A DNA stretch of 64,000 nt from the human T2T-CHM13v2.0 reference genome, Homo sapiens. The DNA is taken from the NCBI RefSeq assembly GCF_009914755.1, contig NC_060925.1. One strand, 5' to 3'. Positions 27,701 to 42,050 of this stretch are shown here, piece after piece (the first letter of the stretch is position 1; each line of letters starts with the position of its first letter). Under the pieces are notes generated by a model. It saw only the letters and a program-made list of their open reading frames with translations. It had not been told where the DNA came from and made no database searches. A program made the translations under genes and the position numbers.

Positions 27701-30700
27701 ATGGAATCATTATCAAATGAAGTCGAATGGAATCACCGAATAGAATCGAATGGAACAATCATCGAATGGACTCAAATGGAATTATCTTCAAATTTAATCA
27801 AATGGATTTATCGAATGCAATCGAATGGAATTATCGAATGCAATCGAAGAGAATCATCGAATGGACTCGAATGGAATCATCGAATGCAATGCAATGGATT
27901 AATCCATGGACTCGAATTCAATCACCATCGAATTCAATCGAATGGAGTCATTGAATCGACTCAAATGGAATAATCATTGAATGGAATCGAATGGAATCAT
28001 CGAGTGGAATCTAATGGAATCATGATCAAATGGAATCGAATGTAATCATCATCAAATGGAATCAAAAATAAACATCATCAATTGGTATTGAATGGAATTG
28101 TCATCAAATGGAATTCAAAGGAATCATCATCAAATGGAACCGAATGGAATCCTCATTGAATGGAAATGAAAGGAGTCATCATCTAATGGAATCGCATGGA
28201 ATCATCATCAAATGGAATCGAATGGAATCATCATCAAATGGAATCTAATGGAATCATTGAACGGAATTGAATGGAATCGTCATCGAATGAATTGAATGCA
28301 ATCAACGAATGGTCTCGAATGGAACCACCTCCAAATGGAATGGAATGGAATCATCGCATAGAATCGAATGGAATTATCATCGAATGGACTCGAATGGAAT
28401 CAACATCAAACGGAATCAAACGGAATTATCGAATGGAATCGAAGAGAATCATCGAACGGACTCGAATGGAATCATCTAATGGAATGGAATGGAAGAATCC
28501 ATGGACTCGAATGCAATCATCATCAAATGGAATCGAATGGAATCATCGAATGGACTCGAATGGAATAATCATTGAGCGGAATCGAATGGATTCATCATCG
28601 GATGGAAACGAATGGAATCATCATCGAATGGAATCGAATGGGATCATCAAATGGAATCAGATGGAATCATCATCAAATGGAATCGAATAGAATTATGGAA
28701 TGAAATCCAATGTGATCATCATTGAATGGACTCGAATGGAATCATCATCCAATGGAAACTAATGGAATCAACATCGAATGGAATCGAATGGAAACACCAT
28801 CGAATTGAAACGAATGGAATTATCATGAAATTGAAATGGATGGACTCATCATCGAATGGATTCGAATGGAATCATCGAATGAAATTGATTGAAATCATCA
28901 TCAAATGGAATCGAAAGGAATCATTGAATGCAATCGAATGGAATCATCATCAGATGGAAATGAATGGAATCATCATAGAATGGAATCGCATGGATTCATT
29001 GAATGGAATCAGATGGAATCATCGAATGGACTTGAATGGAATCGTTGAATGGACTCGGATGGAATCATTATTGAATGGAATTGAATAGAATCATGGAATG
29101 GTCTCGAATGGAATCATTATCAAATGAAGTCGAATGGAATCACCGAATAGAATCGAATGGAACAATCATAGAATGGACTCAAATGGAATTATACTCAAAT
29201 AGAATCGAATGGAATTATCGAATGCAATCGAATTTAATTATCGAATGCAATCGAATAGAATCATCGAATGGACTTGAAAGGAATCATCGATTGAAATGGA
29301 ATGGAATAGTCAATGAACTTGAATGGAATCAACATTGAATTGAATCATCGAGTGGAATCGAATCTAATCATGATCAAATGGAATCGAATGTAATCATCAT
29401 CAAATGGAATCAAAAATAACCATCATCAATTGGTATTGAATGGAATTGTCATCAAACGGAATTCAAAGGAATCATCATCAAATGGGACCGAATGGAATCC
29501 TCATTGAATGGAAATGAAAGGTGTCATCATCTAATGGAATCGCATGGAATCATCATCAAATGGAATCGAATGGAATCATCATCAAATGGAATCTAATGGA
29601 ATCATTGAACGGAATTGAATGGAATCGTCATCGAATGAATTGAATGCAATCAACGAATGGTCTCGAATGGAATCATCTCCAAATGGAATGGAATGGAATC
29701 ATCGCATAGAATCGAATGGAATTATCATCGAATGGACTCGAATGGAATCAACATCAAACGGAATCAAACGGAATTATCGAATGGAATCGAAGAGAATCAT
29801 CGAACGGACTCGAATAGAATCATCTAATGGAATGGAATGGAAGAATCCATGGACTCGAATTCAATCATCATCGAATGGAATCGAATGGAATCATCGAATG
29901 GACTCGAATGGAATAATCATTGAACGGAATCGAATGGAATCATCATCGGATGGAAACGAATGGAATCATCATCGAATGGAATCGAATGGGATCATCAAAT
30001 GGAATCAGATGGAATCATCATCAAATGGAATCCAATAGAATTATGGAATGAAATCCAATGTGATCATCATTGAATGGACTCGAATGGAATCATCATCCAA
30101 TGGAAACTAATGGAATCAACATCGAATGGAATAGAATGGAAACACCATCGAATTGAAACGAATGAAATTATCATGAAATTGAAATGGATGGACTCATCAT
30201 CGAATGGATTCGAATGGAATCATCGAATGAAATTGATTGAAATCATCATCAAATGGAATCGAAAGGAATCATTGAATGGAATCGAATGGAATCATCATCA
30301 GATGGAAATGAATGGAATCATCATAGAATGGAATCGCATGGATTCATTGAATGGAATCAGATGGAATCATCAAATGGACTTGAATGGAATCGTTGAATGG
30401 ACTCGGATGGAATCATTATTGAATGGAAGTGAATAGAATCATCGAATGGTCTCGAATGGAATCATTATCAAATGAAGTCGAATGGAATCACCGAATAGAA
30501 TCGAATGGAACAATCATCGAATGGACTCAAATGGAATTATCTTCAAATTTAATCAAATGGATTTATCGAATGCAATCGAATGGAATTATCGAATGCAATC
30601 GAAGAGAATCATCGAATGGACTCGAATGGAATCATCGAATGCAATGCAATGGATTAATCCATGGACTCGAATTCAATCACCATCGAATTCAATCGAATGG

Positions 30701-33700
30701 AGTCATTGAATCGACTCAAATGGAATAATCATTGAATGGAATCGAATGGAATCATCGAGTGGAATCTAATGGAATCATGATCAAATGGAATCGAATGTAA
30801 TCATCATCAAATGGAATCAAAAATAAACATCATCAATTGGTATTGAATGGAATTGTCATCAAATGGAATTCAAAGGAATCATCATCAAATGGAACCGAAT
30901 GGAATCCTCATTGAATGGAAATGAAAGGAGTCATCATCTAATGGAATCGCATGGAATCATCATCAAATGGAATCGAATGGAATCATCATCAAATGGAATC
31001 TAATGGAATCATTGAACGGAATTGAATGGAATCGTCATCGAATGAATTGAATGCAATCAACGAATGGTCTCGAATGGAACCACCTCCAAATGGAATGGAA
31101 TGGAATCATCGCATAGAATCGAATGGAATTATCATCGAATGGACTCGAATGGAATCAACATCAAACGGAATCAAACGGAATTATCGAATGGAATCGAAGA
31201 GAATCATCGAACGGACTCGAATGGAATCATCTAATGGAATGGAATGGAAGAATCCATGGACTCGAATGCAATCATCATCAAATGGAATCGAATGGAATCA
31301 TCGAATGGACTCGAATGGAATAATCATTGAGCGGAATCGAATGGATTCATCATCGGATGGAAACGAATGGAATCATCATCGAATGGAATCGAATGGGATC
31401 ATCAAATGGAATCAGATGGAATCATCATCAAATGGAATCGAATAGAATTATGGAATGAAATCCAATGTGATCATCATTGAATGGACTCGAATGGAATCAT
31501 CATCCAATGGAAACTAATGGAATCAACATCGAATGGAATCGAATGGAAACACCATCGAATTGAAACGAATGGAATTATCATGAAATTGAAATGGATGGAC
31601 TCATCATCGAATGGATTCGAATGGAATCATCGAATGAAATTGATTGAAATCATCATCAAATGGAATCGAAAGGAATCATTGAATGCAATCGAATGGAATC
31701 ATCATCAGATGGAAATGAATGGAATCATCATAGAATGGAATCGCATGGATTCATTGAATGGAATCAGATGGAATCATCGAATGGACTTGAATGGAATCGT
31801 TGAATGGACTCGGATGGAATCATTATTGAATGGAATTGAATAGAATCATGGAATGGTCTCGAATGGAATCATTATCAAATGAAGTCGAATGGAATCACCG
31901 AATAGAATCGAATGGAACAATCATAGAATGGACTCAAATGGAATTATACTCAAATAGAATCGAATGGAATTATCGAATGCAATCGAATTTAATTATCGAA
32001 TGCAATCGAATAGAATCATCGAATGGACTTGAAAGGAATCATCGATTGAAATGGAATGGAATAGTCAATGAACTTGAATGGAATCAACATTGAATTGAAT
32101 CATCGAGTGGAATCGAATCTAATCATGATCAAATGGAATCGAATGTAATCATCATCAAATGGAATCAAAAATAACCATCATCAATTGGTATTGAATGGAA
32201 TTGTCATCAAACGGAATTCAAAGGAATCATCATCAAATGGGACCGAATGGAATCCTCATTGAATGGAAATGAAAGGTGTCATCATCTAATGGAATCGCAT
32301 GGAATCATCATCAAATGGAATCGAATGGAATCATCATCAAATGGAATCTAATGGAATCATTGAACGGAATTGAATGGAATCGTCATCGAATGAATTGAAT
32401 GCAATCAACGAATGGTCTCGAATGGAATCATCTCCAAATGGAATGGAATGGAATCATCGCATAGAATCGAATGGAATTATCATCGAATGGACTCGAATGG
32501 AATCAACATCAAACGGAATCAAACGGAATTATCGAATGGAATCGAAGAGAATCATCGAACGGACTCGAATAGAATCATCTAATGGAATGGAATGGAAGAA
32601 TCCATGGACTCGAATTCAATCATCATCGAATGGAATCGAATGGAATCATCGAATGGACTCGAATGGAATAATCATTGAACGGAATCGAATGGAATCATCA
32701 TCGGATGGAAACGAATGGAATCATCATCGAATGGAATCGAATGGGATCATCAAATGGAATCAGATGGAATCATCATCAAATGGAGTCGAATAGAATTATG
32801 GAATGAAATCCAATGTGATCATCATTGAATGGACTCGAATGGAATCATCATCCAATGGAAACTAATGGAATCAACATCGAATGGAATCGAATGGAAACAC
32901 CATCGAATTGAAACGAATGGAATTATCATGAAATTGAAATGGATGGACTCATCATCGAATGGATTCGAATGGAATCATCGAATGAAATTGATTGAAATCA
33001 TCATCAAATGGAATCGAAAGGAATCATTGAATGGAATCGAATGGAATCATCATCAGATGGAAATGAATGGAATCATCATAGAATGGAATCGAATGGATTC
33101 ATTGAATGGAGTCAGATGGAATCATCGAATGGACTTGAATGGAATCGTTGAATGGACTCGAATGGAATCATTATTAAATGGAATTGAATAGAATCATCGA
33201 ATGGTCTCGAATGGAATCATTATCAAATGAAGTCGAATGGAATCACCGAATAGAATCGAATGGAACAATCATCGAATGGACTCAAATGGAATTATCCTCA
33301 AATGGAATAAAAAGGATTTATCGAATGCAATCGAATGGAATTATCGAATGCAATCGAATAGAATCATCGAATGGACTCGAATGGAATCATCGAGTGGAAT
33401 GCAATGGATTAATCCATGGACTCGAATTCAATCACCATCGAATACAATCGAATGGAGTCATCGAATCGACTCAAATGGAATAATCATTGAATGGAATCGA
33501 ATGGAATCACCGAGTGGAATCGAATGGAATCATGATCAAATGGAATCGAATGTAATCATCATCAAATGGAATCAAAAATAAACATCATCAATTGGTATTG
33601 AATGGAATTGTCATCAAATGGAATTCAAAGGAATCATCATCAAATGGAACCGAATGGAATCCTCATTGTATGGAAATGAAAGGAGTCATCATCTAATGGA

Positions 33701-33780
33701 ATCGCATGGAATCATCATCAAATGGAATCGAATGGAATCATCATCAAATGGAATCTAATGGAATCATTGAACGGAATTCA
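21771..33780 (+). repeat. Higher-order repeat copy 3 (9 monomers, 12010 bp, contains the 2755-bp duplication)
   Basis: Lengths 1321+1406+1406+960+1407+1348+1407+1348+1407. Colinear with copy 2 apart from the internal duplication and the missing last monomer. Confidence 0.82.
27238..32784 (+). repeat. Recent tandem duplication, period 2755 bp (1407+1348)
   Basis: Identical ORF translations at an exact +2755 offset (27319/30074, 27668/30423, 28271/31026, 28726/31481, 29075/31830). Flanking SNPs bound the junction to 29993-30029. Confidence 0.9.
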
Positions 33781-36700
33781 ATGGAATCGTCATCGAATGA
33801 ATTGAATGCAATCAACGAATGGTCTGGAATGGAACCACCTCCAAATGGAATGGAATGGAATCATCGCATAGAATCGAATGGAATTATCATCGAATGGACT
33901 CGAATGCAATCAACATCAAACGGAATCAAACGGAATTATCGAATGGAATCGAAGAGAATCATCGAATGGACTCGAATGGAATCATCTAATGGAATGGAAT
34001 GGAAGAATCCATGGTCTCGAATGCAATCATCATCGAATGGAATCGAAAGGAATCATCGAATGGACACGAATGGAATAATCATTGAGCGGAATCGAATGGA
34101 ATCATCATCGGATGGAAACGAATGGAATCATCAAATGGAATCAGATGGAATCATCATCAAATGGAATCGAATAGAATTATGGAATGAAATCCATTGTGAT
34201 CATCATCGAATGGACTCGAATGGAATCATCATCCAATGGAAACTAATGGAATCAACATCGAATGGAATCGAATGGAAACTCCATCGAATTGAAACGAATG
34301 GAATTATCATGAAATTGAAATGGATGGACTCATCATCGAATGGATTCGAATGGAATCATCGAATGAAATTGATTGAAATCATCATCAAATGGAATCGAAT
34401 GGAATCATTGAATGGAATCGAATGAAATCATCATCAGATGGAAATGAATGGAATCATCATAGAATGGAATCGAATGGATTCATTGAATGGAATCAGATGG
34501 AATCATCGAATGGACTTGAATGGAATCATTGAATGGACTCGAATGGAATCATTATTGAATGGAATTGAATGGAATCATCGAATGGTCTCGAATGGAATCA
34601 TTATCAAATGGAATCGAATGGAATCACCGAATAGAATCGAATGGAACAATCATCAAATGGACTCAAATGGAATTATCCTCAAATGGAATGGAATGGAATT
34701 ATCGAATGCAATCGAATGGAATAATCGAATGCAATCGAATAGAATCATCGAATGGACTTGAAAGGAATCATCGATTGAAATGGAATGGAATAGTCAATGA
34801 ACTCGAATGGAATAATCATTGAATGGAATCATTGAGTGGAATCGAATGGAATCATGATCAAATGGAATCGAATGTAATTATCATCAAATGGAATCAAAAA
34901 TAAACATCATCAATTGGTATTGAATGGAATTGTCATCAAACGGAATTCAAAGGAATCATCATCAAATGGAACCGAATGGAATCCTCATTGAATGGAAATG
35001 AAAGGAGTCATCATCTAATGGAATCGCATGGAATCATCATCAAATGGAATCGAATGGAATCATCATCAAATGGAATCGAATGGAATCATTGAACGGAATT
35101 GAATGGAATCGTCATCGAATGAATTGAATGCAATCAACGAATGGTCTCGAATGGAACCACCTCCAAATGGAATGGAATGGAATCATCGCATAGAATCGAA
35201 TGGAATTATCATCGAATGGACTCGAATGGAATCAACATCAAACGGAATCAAACGGAATTATCGAATGGAATCGAAGAAAAACATCGAATGGACTCGAATG
35301 GAATCATCTAATGGAATGGAATGGAAGAATCCATGGACTCGAATTCAATCATCATCGAATGGAATCGAATGGAATCATCGAATGGACACGAATGGAATAA
35401 TCATTGAACGGAATCGAATGGAATCATCATCGGATGGAAACGAATGGAATCATCAAATGGAATCAGATGGAATCATCATCAAATGGAATCGAATAGAATT
35501 ATGGAATGAAATCCATTGTGATCATCATCGAATGGACTCGAATGGAATCATCATCCAATGGAAACTAATGGAATCAACATCGAATGGAATCGAATGGAAA
35601 CACCATCGAATTGAATCGAACGGAATTATCATGAAATTGAAATGGATGGACTCATCATCGAATGGATTCGAATGGAATCATCGAATGAAATTGATTGAAA
35701 TCATCATCAAAAGGAATCGAATGGAATCATTGAATGGAATCGAATGGAATCATCATCAGATGGAAATGAATGGAATCATCATAGAATGGAATCGAATGGA
35801 TTCATTGAATGGAATCAGATGGAATCATCGAATGGACTTGAATGGAATCATTGAATGGACTCGAATGGAATCATTATTGAATGGATTTAATGGAATCATC
35901 GAATGGTCTCGAATGGAATCATTATCAAATGGAATCGAATGGAATCACCGAATAGAATCGAATGGAACAATCATCGAATGGACTCAAATGGAATTATCCT
36001 CAATTGGAATCGAATGGAATTATCGAATGCAATCGAATGGAATAATCGAATGCAATCGAATAGAATCATCGAATGGACTTGAAAGGAATCATCGATTGAA
36101 ATGGAATGGAATAGTCAATGAACTCGAACGGAATCAACATTGAATGGAATCATCGAGTGGAATCGAATGGAATCATGATCAAATGGAATAGAAAGTAATC
36201 ATCATCAAATGGAATCAAAAATAACCATCATCAATTGGTATTGAATGGAATTGTCATCAAACGGAATTCAAAGGAATCATCATCAAATGGGACCGAATGG
36301 AATCCTCATTGAATGGAAATGAAAGGAGTCATCATTTAATGGAATCGCATGGAATCATCATCAAATGGAATCGAATGGAATCATCATCAAATGGAATCTA
36401 ATGGAATCATTGAACGGAATTGACTGGAATCGTAATCGAATGAATTGAATGCAATCAACGAATGGTCTCGAATGGAACCATCTCCAAATGGAATGGAATG
36501 GAATCATCGCATAGAATCGAATGGAATTATCATCGCATGGACCCGAATGGAATCAACATCAAACGGAATCAAACGGAATTATCGAATGGAATCGAAGAGA
36601 ATCATCGAACGGACTCGAATGGAATCATCTAATGGAATGGAATGGAAGAATCCATGGACTCGAATGCAATCATCATCGAATGGAATCGAATGGAATCATC

Positions 36701-39700
36701 GAATGGACTCGAATGGAATAATCATTGAGCGGAATCTAATGGATTCATCATCGGATGGAAACGAATGGAATCATCATCGAATGGAATCGAATGGGATCAT
36801 CAAATGGAATCAGATGGAATCATCATCAAATGGAATCGAATAGAATTATGGAATGAAATCCAATGTGATCATCATTGAATGGACTCGAATGGAATCATCA
36901 TCCAATGGAAACTAATGGAATCAACATCGAATGGAATCGAATGGAAACACCATCGAATTGAAACGAATGGAATTATCATGAAATTGAAATGGATGGACTC
37001 ATCATCGAATGGATTCGAATGGAATCATCGAATGAAATTGATTGAAATCATCATCAAATGGAATCGAAAGGAATCATTGAATGGAATCGAATGGAATCAT
37101 CATCAGATGGAAATGAATGGAATCATCATAGAATGGAATCGCATGGATTCATTGAATGGAATCAGATGGAATCATCGAATGGACTTGAATGGAATCGTTG
37201 AATGGACTCGAATGGAATCATTATTGAATGGAATTGAATAGAATCATCGAATGGTCTCGAATGGAATCATTATCAAATGAAGTCGAATGGAATCACCGAA
37301 TAGAATCGAATGGAACAATCATCGAGTGGACTCAAATGGAATTATCTTCAAAGGGAATCAAATGGATTTATCGAATGCAATCGAATTTTATTATCGAATG
37401 CAATCGAATAGAATCATCGAATGGACTCGAATGGAATCATCGAATGGAATGCAATGGATTAATCCATGGACTTGAATTCAATCACCATCGAATACAATCG
37501 AATGGAGTCATTGAATCGACTCAAATGGAATAATCATTGAATGGAATCGAATGGAATCATCGAGTGGAATCGAATGGAATCATGATCAAATGGAATCGAA
37601 TGTAATCATCATCAAATGGAATCAAAAATAAACATCATCAATTGGTATTGAATGGAATTGTCATCAAATGGAATTCAAAGGAATCATCATCAAATGGAAC
37701 CGAATGGAATCCTCATTCAATGGAAATGAAAGGAGTCATCATCTAATGGAATCGCATGGAATCATCATCAAATGGAATCGAATGGAATCATCATCAAATG
37801 GAATCTAATGGAATCATTGAACGGAATTGAATGGAATCGTCATCGAATGAATTGAATGCAATCATCGAATGGTCTCGAATGGAACCACCTCCAAATGGAA
37901 TGGAATGGAATCATCACATAGAATCGAATGGAATTATCATCGAATGGACTCGAATGGAATCAACATCAAACAGAATCAAACGGAATTATCGAATGGAATC
38001 GAAGAGAATCATCGAATGGCCTGGAATGGAATCATCTAATGGAATGGAATGGAAGAATCCATGGTCTCGAATGCAATCATCATCGAATGGAATCGAATGG
38101 AATCATCGAATGGACACGAATGGAATAATCATTGAGCGGAATCGAATGGAATCATCATCGGATGGAAACGAATGGAATCATCAAATGGAATCAGATGGAA
38201 TCATCATCAAATGGAATCGAATAGAATTATGGAATGAAATCCATTGTGATCATCATCGAATGGACTCGAATGGAATCATCATCCAATGGAAACTAATGGA
38301 ATCAGCATCGAATGGAATCGAATGGAAACTCCATCGAATTGAAACGAATGGAATTATCATGAAATTGAAATGGATGGACTGATCATCGAATGGATTCGAA
38401 AGGAATCATCGAATGAAATTGATTGAAATCATCATCAAATGGAATCGAATGGAATCATTGAATGGAATCATCATCAGATGGAAATGAATGGAATCATCAT
38501 AGAATGGAATCGAATGGATTCATTGAATGGAATCAGATGGAATCATCGAATGGACTTGAATGGAATCATTGAATGGACTCGAATGGAATCGTTATTGAAT
38601 GGAATTGAATGGAATCATCGAATGGTCTCGAATGGAATCATTATCAAATGGAATCGAATGGAATCACCGAATAGAATCGAACGGAACAATCATCGAATGG
38701 ACTCAAATGGAATTATCCTCAAATGGAATCGAATGGAATTATCGAATGCAATCGAATGGAATAATCGAATGCAATCGAATAGAATCATCGAATGGACTTG
38801 AAAGGAATCATCGATTGAAATGGAATGGAATAGTCAATGAACTCGAAAGGAATAATCATTGAATGGAATCATAGAGTGGAATCGAATGGAATCATGATCA
38901 AATGGAATCGAATGTAATTATCATCAAATGGAATCAAAAATAACCATCATCAATTGGTATTGAAAGGAATTGTCATCAATCGGAATTCAAAGGAATCATC
39001 ATCAAATGGAACCGAATGGAATCCTCATTCAATGGAAATGAAAGGAGTCATCATCTAATGGAATCGCATGGAATCATCATCAAATGGAATCGAATGGAAT
39101 CATCATCAAATGGAATCTAATGGAATCATTGAACGGAATTGAATGGAATCGTCATCGAATGAATTGAACGCAATCAACGAATGGTCTCGAATGGAACCAC
39201 ATCCAAATGGAATGGAATGGAATCATCGCATAGAATCGAATGGAATTGTCATCGAATGGACCCGAATGGAATCAACATCAAACGGAATCAAACGGAATTA
39301 TCGAATGGAATCGAAGAGAATCATCGAACGGACTCGAATGGAATCATCTAATGGAATGGAATGGAAGAATCCGTGGACTGGAATGCAATCATCATCGAAT
39401 GGAATCCAATGGCATCATCATCGGATGGAAACGAATGGAATCATCATCGAATGGAATCGAATGGGATCATCAAATGGAATCAGATGGAATCATCATCAAA
39501 TGGAATCGAATAGAATTATGGAATGAAATCCAATGTGATCATCATTGAATGGACTCGAATGGAATCATCATCCAATGGAAACTAATGGAATCAACATCGA
39601 ATGGAATCGAATGGAAACACCATCGAATTGAAACGAATGGAATTATCATGAAATTGAAATGGATGGACTCATCATCGAATGGATTCGAATGGAATCATCG

Positions 39701-40500
39701 AATGAAATTGATTGAAATCATCACCAAATGGAATCGAAAGCAATCATTGAATGGAATCGAATGGAATCATCATCAGATAGAAATGATTGGAATCATCATA
39801 GAATGGAATCGCATGGATTCATTGAATGGAATCAGATGGAATAATCGAATGGACTTGAATGGAATCGTTGAATGGACTCGAATGGAATCATTATTGAATG
39901 GAATTGAATAGAATCATCGAATGGTCTCGAATGGAATCATTATCAAATGAAGTCGAATGGAATCACCGAATAGAATCGAATGGAACAATCATCGAATGGA
40001 CTCAAATGGAATTATCCTCAAATGGAATCAAATGGATTTATCGAATGCAATCGAATGGAATTATCGAATGCAATCGAATAGAATCATCGAATGGACTCGA
40101 ATGGAATCATCGAATGGAATGCAATGGATTAATCCATGGACTCGAATTCAATCACCATCGAATACAATCGAATGGAGTCATCGAATCGACTCAAATGGAA
40201 TAATCATTGAATGGAATCGAATGGAATCATCGAGTGGAATCGAATGGAATCATGATCAAATGGAATCGAATGTAATCATCATCAAATGTAATCAAAAATA
40301 AACATCATCAATTGGTATTGAATGGAAATGTCATCAAATGGAATTCAATGGAATCATCATCAAATGGAACCGAATGGAATCCTCATTGAATGGAAATGAA
40401 AGGAGTCATCATCTAATGGAATCGCATGGAATCATCATCAAATGGAATCGAATGGAATCATCATCAAATGGAATCTAATGGAATCATTGAACGGAATTGA

Positions 40501-42050
40501 ATGGAATCGTCATCGAATGAATTGAATGCAATCAACGAATGGTCTCGAATGGAACCACCTCCAAATGGAATGGAATGGAATCATCGCATAGAGTCGAATG
40601 GAATTATCATCGAATGGACTCGAATGGAATCAACATCAAACGGAATCAAACGGAATTATCGAATGGAATCGAAGAGAAACATCGAATGGACTCGAATGGA
40701 ATCATCTAATGGAATGGAATGGAAGAATCCATGGACTCGAATGCAATCATCATCGAATGGAATCGAATGGAATCATCGAATGGACTCGAATGGAATAATC
40801 ATTGAACGGAATCGAATGGAATCATCATCGGATGGAAACGAATGGAATCATCATCGAATGGACTCGAATGCAATCAACGTCAAACGGAATCAAACGGAAT
40901 TATCGAATGGAATGGAAGAGAATCATCGAACGGACGCGAATGGAATCATCTAATGGAATGGAATGGAAGAATCCATGGACTCGAATGCAATCATCATCAA
41001 ATGGAATCGAATGGGATCATCAAATGGAATCAGATGGAATCATCATCAAATGGAATCGAATAGAATTATGGAATGAAATCCAATGTGATCATCATTGAAT
41101 GGACTCGAATGGAATCATCATCCAATGGAAACTAATGGAATCAACATCGAATGGAATCGAATGGAAACACCATCGAATTGAAACGAATGGAATTATCATG
41201 AAATTGAAATGGATGGACTCATCATCGAATGGATTCGAATGGAATCATCGAATGAAATTGATTGAAATCATCATCAAATGGAATCGAAAGGAATCATTGA
41301 ATGGAATCGAATGGAATCATCATCAGATGGAAATGAATGGAATCATCATAGAATGGAATCGCATGGATTCATTGAATGGAATCAGATGGAATCATCGAAT
41401 GGACTTGAATGGAATCGTTGAATGGACTCGAAAGGAATCATTATTGAATGGAATTGAATAGAATCATCGAATGGTCTCGAATGGAATCATTATCAAATGA
41501 AGTCGAATGGAATCACCGAATAGAATCGAATGGAACAATCATCGAATGGACTCAAAGGGAATTATCCTCAAATGGAATCAAATGGATTTATCGAATGCAA
41601 TCGAATTTAATTATCGAATGCAATCGAATAGAATCATCGAATGGACTCGAATGGAATCATCGAATGGAATGCAATGGATTAATCCATGGACTCGAATTCA
41701 ATCACCATCGAATACAATCGAATGGAGTCATCGAATCGACTCAAATGGAATAATCATTGAATGGAATCGAATGGAATCATCGAGTGGAATCGAATGGAAT
41801 CATGATCAAATGGAATCGAATGTAATCATCATCAAATGGAATCAAAAATAAGCATCATCAATTGGTATGGAATGGAATTGTCATCAAATGGAATTCAAAG
41901 GAATCATCATCAAATGGAACCGAATGGAATCCTCATTGAATGGAAATGAAAGGAGTCATCATCTAATGGAATCGCATGGAATCATCATCAAATGGAATCG
42001 AATGGAATCATCATCAAATGGAATCTAACGGAATCATTGAACGGAATTGA
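40501..42050 (+). repeat. Expanded A monomer (1550 bp) with a repeated internal segment
   Basis: GAAGAGAA and GGAAGAATCCATGG, normally single per monomer, occur twice (about 40671-40735 and 40915-40978). Net +143 = +244 -101. Confidence 0.85.

Noticed and set aside
35103-36143. Longest ORF (346 aa)
   Set aside because: It results from a private 1-bp loss at about 35885 (GGATTTAATGG) joining two repeat frames; no other copy has it.
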